Shown in pieces: positions 59,221 through 64,000 of a stretch of 64,000 bases of DNA. The stretch's first letter is position 1. Every line of letters begins with the position of its first letter. The position numbers and the translations under genes were made by a program. Origin of the DNA: Candidatus Poribacteria bacterium (GTDB lineage: Bacteria > Poribacteria > WGA-4E > WGA-3G). Location: assembly GCA_965198235.1 (NCBI GenBank), contig OZ240248.1, positions 224,001 through 288,000 of the forward strand, written 5' to 3'. The notes under the pieces are model-generated. The model searched no databases. It saw only the letters and a program-made list of their open reading frames with translations, and was not told the origin of the DNA.

Positions 59221-59243
59221 GGGCGAGGTCACCTCGCCCCTAC
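59217..59243. repeat. Palindromic GTAG REP overlapping the ugd stop codon
   Basis: GTAGGGGCGAGGTCACCTCGCCCCTAC. Confidence 0.85.
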
Positions 59244-59250
59244 GGACAAT

Positions 59251-59820
59251 ATGGACGCTATTAAACAGCCCGAACCTTTTGATGTAAATTGGCAGCGGTA
59301 TTGTCCACAGAAGCCGTTTCCGCCGTATCGTCATATACCGGGTGTCACGCCGCACCCGATTCGCGACCCACTTGGACATAGTTACGGGGTAGAAGAAGAT
59401 CACGGTGCTGAAGCCTTACCGCCAAAAATGTGGAGACAAAACGAGGATTACCTATACGGCGTGGACCTCTACAACTTTGCGTATTGGTGGGAGGCGCATG
59501 AGGCGTGGGAAGGGTTGTGGCACCGAGCAGAAGATACGTATCGCTTGTTCCTTCAAGGGTTAATTCAGGTGTCGGCAGCCTTCATCAAGTATCATACACG
59601 AATGCTGCGTCCGCTACGCACGCTCTCTACCGCGGGACGCGATAAATTGCGACAGGTTGTGGTCGAATGTGACGATGCATCGGGAAATTATATGGGACTC
59701 AATCTGCCAGCGTTTTTAGACACCGCCGACGCGTTTTTTGATCCGTTCTTTGACGACACCGTTACGGAAGCCACCTTTCGTAGCGACTCTGTTAAACCGT
59801 TAATACTGTTGATGGATTAG
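59251..59820 (+). CDS. DUF309 domain protein
   Basis: YWWEAHEAWEGLW...QGLIQ. Confidence 0.85.
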   Translation: MDAIKQPEPFDVNWQRYCPQKPFPPYRHIPGVTPHPIRDPLGHSYGVEEDHGAEALPPKMWRQNEDYLYGVDLYNFAYWWEAHEAWEGLWHRAEDTYRLFLQGLIQVSAAFIKYHTRMLRPLRTLSTAGRDKLRQVVVECDDASGNYMGLNLPAFLDTADAFFDPFFDDTVTEATFRSDSVKPLILLMD

Positions 59821-59966
59821 CGAGTTGTACGGGTTATTTTCACGCTTGGCGCGAATTTGATTTCTGCAGAATGCAAGCAGCATTGCAACAACGGCGCAAT
59901 GCGGAACTTAGACCAAGCCCGCTGTTAAACTCATAACGCCGTTTTACGCTTGGCGCGAGTTTAAAA

Positions 59967-60245
59967 ATGCCTTTTCTCTTTTTCAGCCTCTTCTGTGTCT
60001 TCATCGTCGTGTTGTTGCTTGTCCTCTTTAAGGTAGGTGCCTATTTTGGCAAAAGCGATGCAGATGAATTTCGTGCTGTTCGGTGTCCACAATGTCAAAC
60101 CCGACGGAAACCCGAAAGGACCGGGACTGTCAGAAACCTCATTGAACTTGAGATGCGCTGTCCACGTTGTGGGTATATCTCCTGGGATATTCCGCCAAAA
60201 ACGAATCTCTCCACACGTCCCACTGATCAGGATAACACGCTATGA
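59967..60245 (+). CDS. Small membrane-anchored Zn-ribbon protein
   Basis: N-terminal TM; CPQC...CPRC. Confidence 0.55.
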   Translation: MPFLFFSLFCVFIVVLLLVLFKVGAYFGKSDADEFRAVRCPQCQTRRKPERTGTVRNLIELEMRCPRCGYISWDIPPKTNLSTRPTDQDNTL

Positions 60246-60267
60246 GGACTGTTCTGTATATGGCTGG

Positions 60268-61392
60268 CTAATAATCGGCGAAAGCCCCGTCGTCTGAGTG
60301 CCAGAACATTCCACGCAACCGAAACGTCTCATCTCGAACCGCTTCAATAGCAGCATCGTCCATATCGACACCGAGCCCGGGGGCTGTTGGTAGTTCAATG
60401 AATCCATCCTTGAACACCAAAGGAGTCGAAAATAGTCCTTCTCCGCGTCGGTGTCCACCCTCACATATCAGTAAATTCGGCACAGTCGCCATCACATGTA
60501 CAGATGCCGCGACTCCGATAGGACCGGCGGCGTTGTGTGGTGCGACTGCCATATTATGAATCTCCGCCATCGCTGCAATCTTTTTCAGTTCTGATATCCC
60601 ACCACAATGCCGGATATCCGGTTGCAAAATCGCGCACATCTCTCCTTCAATTATCTCTCGGAAACCCCATCGTGTCAAATGCCGCTCACCGGTCGCGATC
60701 GGCACTGTCGTTGATTGAGACAGGATCAGTAGGGGTTTGTTGTTTTCTGGATGGCACGGTTCTTCAGCGAACAGCAATCGGAAGGGTTCTAATTCTTTCA
60801 CTAAAATCATCGCCATCGTTGGGCTTAATCGCCGATGCAAATCAACAGCGATGTCAACCTCGTCACCCACTGCTGTTCGTACTGCCGCCACCCGCGCCAC
60901 CATCGTATCAATTGTCTTGGGTGTATCCACGAACCGAACAGGCTGCGGTGAGGCTCCCATCTTCACTGCCCGAAACCCTGTTGCAACTGCTTTCTTGGCA
61001 CGCTCTGCACACGCCTCAGGTGTTGTACCACCTATACCGGTATAGACACGGATCCGATTACGTACTGAACCTCCCAACAGTTTCCATACCGGCATCCCGA
61101 CAACTTTGCCGAACACATCCCACATCGCCATCTCAATACCGCTCAGTGCGCCGACCAACACTGGCATGCTCCGGCTATAACTTGACCGATACATCGCCTG
61201 CCAATGGTCTTCAATCTGTAGCGGGTCTTTGCCGACAAGGTATTCTGCCATGTCGTCCACGGCTTGGGCGACGACGCGCCAATGCTCGTAGTTCATGGGT
61301 TCACCGTAGCCGATTATCCCTGCGTCGGTGAACATTTTCAGCACCATTGCGCGACCTTGGATCGGTATCGTCTCAAATCCAGTAATCTTCAT
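60268..61392 (-). CDS. dgoD: Galactonate dehydratase-like enolase
   Basis: MKITGFE, SGIEMAMWD..GK, VDLH, EEP, ATGER, QPD, APHN. Confidence 0.8.
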   Translation of the reverse strand: MKITGFETIPIQGRAMVLKMFTDAGIIGYGEPMNYEHWRVVAQAVDDMAEYLVGKDPLQIEDHWQAMYRSSYSRSMPVLVGALSGIEMAMWDVFGKVVGMPVWKLLGGSVRNRIRVYTGIGGTTPEACAERAKKAVATGFRAVKMGASPQPVRFVDTPKTIDTMVARVAAVRTAVGDEVDIAVDLHRRLSPTMAMILVKELEPFRLLFAEEPCHPENNKPLLILSQSTTVPIATGERHLTRWGFREIIEGEMCAILQPDIRHCGGISELKKIAAMAEIHNMAVAPHNAAGPIGVAASVHVMATVPNLLICEGGHRRGEGLFSTPLVFKDGFIELPTAPGLGVDMDDAAIEAVRDETFRLRGMFWHSDDGAFADY

Positions 61393-61402
61393 AATCCTCG
61401 TC

Positions 61403-62467
61403 CTAAACCGGTTGCCACCGGATGATGCAGAAGTGTGAGTTTCCTGTAGCGTTCTCCCATTTGCTAACATCGCCGTAGCAGGAACCGATGAAGGTTAGTA
61501 TCTCTTCTCCGTCTAAACCAATGTGTCGTGGGAAACCAGCGACGTGTCCGTGACAGAGATAATAAACCTCGTCGGACCAGTTCTCGCCATTGTCGTCACT
61601 TACCATAGCCCTGCCACTACCGAGTTCTCGGGGATAACGATGGTCATAAGCTACAACAGCGCGGTTGTTAGAAAGCCCAACTGCGGCACCGTGGCATTGT
61701 CCATGCACGCTGGTCAGTTGACGGAGGTTTGTCCATGTAGCACCGTTGTCCACCGAGTCGGCGAGGAAAACAGTTTTGTCCGTGTGGGGTTGATCCGGCG
61801 GTCCCGGCTGATATCGGATAACCGCGAGCAGCCTTCCGGGAAAAAGTTCTGCAATGTTGACTTCGTTGCCGTAGTCTGACAAGAAGAAGCGGTTCGAGAA
61901 GGTGTGTCCGTCATCACCTGAAACGAAAACATAAGTCGGGTTCGTGCCTTCATAAAACGGGTCATCACGTCTTTTGATCGGTAGCAGGAGCGTCCCATCG
62001 CTGAGTCGAGTTAGGCTTGAACCGGCGACGGTTTTCTGAAATGGCGTGACATCTATTTCGCTCGTTTGCTCCCACGTTTGACCTTCATCATCGGAAAGCC
62101 AGACAGTGATTGGCGATTCTTCACCCTGTTGACTGACGTTAATGAGTTGCCCGTGATTATTGGCTTGCAACAACCACCCGTTGAAACCGAATGCAGACGG
62201 ATCTCTGTTGAGATGTTCCCACGTTCTACCGCCATCTGTAGACTTGGAGATGATGGTCTGTTGCACTGCATAGATAGTGTCGTCGGGAGCCAGAACGAGG
62301 TTCAATCCTTGGTAATGCGCTTGCGGATCCAAGGGCATACGGATTTTCTCCACTCCCACCTTGTTCAGCACGCCATCGCAGGCGTGTAGGATGTAGTCGT
62401 CGGCTTGCATCTCGCTTAATTGGCTTGGGATGACGACAACGCCTCCCATGTTTTCGGTTGATAACAT
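61403..62467 (-). CDS. Sialidase/BNR repeat protein
   Basis: Five Asp-boxes S.D.G.TW. Confidence 0.8.
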   Translation of the reverse strand: MLSTENMGGVVVIPSQLSEMQADDYILHACDGVLNKVGVEKIRMPLDPQAHYQGLNLVLAPDDTIYAVQQTIISKSTDGGRTWEHLNRDPSAFGFNGWLLQANNHGQLINVSQQGEESPITVWLSDDEGQTWEQTSEIDVTPFQKTVAGSSLTRLSDGTLLLPIKRRDDPFYEGTNPTYVFVSGDDGHTFSNRFFLSDYGNEVNIAELFPGRLLAVIRYQPGPPDQPHTDKTVFLADSVDNGATWTNLRQLTSVHGQCHGAAVGLSNNRAVVAYDHRYPRELGSGRAMVSDDNGENWSDEVYYLCHGHVAGFPRHIGLDGEEILTFIGSCYGDVSKWENATGNSHFCIIRWQPV

Positions 62468-62603
62468 TTGCAGGACTCCCTCTACGGTAAATTTTCTCTT
62501 GTCTAACGTGATGAATTATGGCAAAATGTTTGACATGTCCTACTCCGCTAATTTACACCATAGCACCATACAATGCAAGCCATATTTGAAGGAAAAGATA
62601 GAT

Positions 62604-63284
62604 ATGAACATATTTGATGCGACTCGGAAAAAGTATAACGCGTCTGGTGTTCACCCGACAACCGATCCCGATGATCTGAGATCACAATTTGCTGTTGACA
62701 GATACAAAAACCACCTACCTAAACTGATAAAGCCCGGCATGCGCGCATTAGATTTAGGCTGCAATGCAGGACGTTTTACCTTTGCTATGGAAGACATGGG
62801 TGCGATAGCCACCGGTATTGACTTCGCAGAGATTCCACTCCGCCACGCCAGAAAGGTCGCAGAAAAAAGAAGGAGTCAATGCCAATTTAATATCGGGGAT
62901 ATAGTTGCTCTGCCTTACAAAAAGAACTCTTTCGATCTTGCCCTACTCCTTCAAAATAATGGTTACTTATCGTATCAGACGTTGGAGAGTTTATCAGTTC
63001 AGCTTAAGGAGATTCTATCGGACAGCGGTATTTTCGTTGTAATTATGCACGATGAATTGGTCAAGAGAGCAGGTGAGGAAACCCTTCCAGAGCGATACGA
63101 TATACAGACCGGTTTGATGGGCGGAAACATTACAATTCCTAACAAAGGTGTGTACGCGTCCCCATGGTACTTTTGGACAGTTGCCTTTGTGAAGTACATC
63201 ATTGAGCAGCACCTTCCTTTAAAAGCGATAGAGGAGATAGAAGAAAACAGATTCCTATTGGTATTCTGCAATAAAAACAGATGA
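62604..63284 (+). CDS. Class I SAM-dependent methyltransferase
   Basis: ALDLGCNAG, GIDF, GD...LPY...SFD. Confidence 0.85.
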   Translation: MNIFDATRKKYNASGVHPTTDPDDLRSQFAVDRYKNHLPKLIKPGMRALDLGCNAGRFTFAMEDMGAIATGIDFAEIPLRHARKVAEKRRSQCQFNIGDIVALPYKKNSFDLALLLQNNGYLSYQTLESLSVQLKEILSDSGIFVVIMHDELVKRAGEETLPERYDIQTGLMGGNITIPNKGVYASPWYFWTVAFVKYIIEQHLPLKAIEEIEENRFLLVFCNKNR

Positions 63285-63299
63285 GGGTTGAATAAAATT

Positions 63300-63535
63300 T
63301 TAGCCAACCCGACCGATGTACAAGATATGCGCAGCCATGTCCACGATGGCGGGTTCCGTTGCCGTTTCTAAAACTAATTCGACCCAACGTTTCCACTTTG
63401 CTGGGTCTTCTGCCATCTTGTTAGTCGCGGTAGATAATCCTGTTGAGAGTCCCTCACAACCCACCATTTCCAGTGTGGTCAACCCACATGATTCAGCAAG
63501 TTGCTGCAGTTCAGATGCCCGAAAGAAATGCCATA
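63300..63535 (-). pseudogene. Probable C-terminal remnant of a methyltransferase
   Basis: HFFRASELQQLAESCGLTTLEMVGCEGL...HILYIGR, no 5' part. Confidence 0.5.
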
Positions 63536-63739
63536 GACTATCTTGAACGAGGTTATTTCCTTAATCCTATATAGTTTTGAAAATTCGTAATTTTTCCGCT
63601 TGTTCTCACACGATAAAGCGTGGTAAAATAGCCAATACGCTTTTCAAGACCGCCTTCGCATTGATTGGTTACTTCAATTAGACACAATAAGGACGCACTG
63701 ATACCGAAGGATTCTCTGAAAAGTGCAGGAGTTCTGTAA

Positions 63740-64000
63740 ATGGCACAAAAAGACGCAATAGTACATCTCGAAACATTCGGTTATTGTTTGATTGAAGATG
63801 CAATTCCTGGGGCACAGGCCGATGCAATGGCGGAGAAATACTTCCAACTCCACCAAAATCCAGCGAATCGCGACGCTTTTCAGGATCCCGGTGCTGACCT
63901 GTATCAAACCCTTTTCGGTGTAGTTAACCTCGATGAGATGTGTTGGGAATGCATCGCGCATCCGCAGGTACTACAGGTCGTCCGCCATTTTCTCGGCGAT
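63740..64000 (+). CDS. Phytanoyl-CoA dioxygenase (PhyH) family protein, N-terminal part
   Basis: AGGAG RBS; LETFGYCLIEDAI...HPQVLQVVRHFLG. Confidence 0.75.
   Translation, partial: MAQKDAIVHLETFGYCLIEDAIPGAQADAMAEKYFQLHQNPANRDAFQDPGADLYQTLFGVVNLDEMCWECIAHPQVLQVVRHFLGD

Noticed and set aside
60537-61331. 264-aa ORF overlapping the dehydratase gene on the opposite strand
   Set aside because: Shadow ORF with low-complexity composition

Overview
Bacterial genomic window. The gene content (LamG, Kelch, WD40 and NHL proteins, ECF sigma factors with long C-terminal extensions, sulfatase, sialidase, PhyH, very dense intergenic repeats) suggests Candidatus Poribacteria; this is an inference, not a database result. 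Core genes include fdhD, hrpB, aspC-like, dnaJ-class, mtnK, asd, hup, ugd and tRNA-Leu(CAG). Accessory material includes two complete tnpB-only IS200/IS605 elements, two relics of that family, many REPs/MITEs and many truncated genes. Best leads: (1) a pseudoknotted leader RNA upstream of both tnpB genes with identical geometry but largely different, compensatory sequence; (2) ECF-sigma/TM/beta-propeller fusions plus a recurring bipartite promoter motif, TTATGCA-N17/18-TGT(G/A)TCT; (3) a shared C-terminal motif, V.P..(K/Q)(L/V)...WG.(L/I)K, on unrelated folds; (4) left-end guide tetranucleotides co-varying with target tetranucleotides, with two insertions in translation-initiation regions; (5) a cargo island bracketed by diverged copies of the ends of flanking core genes. 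All calls are by eye; no searches were run.
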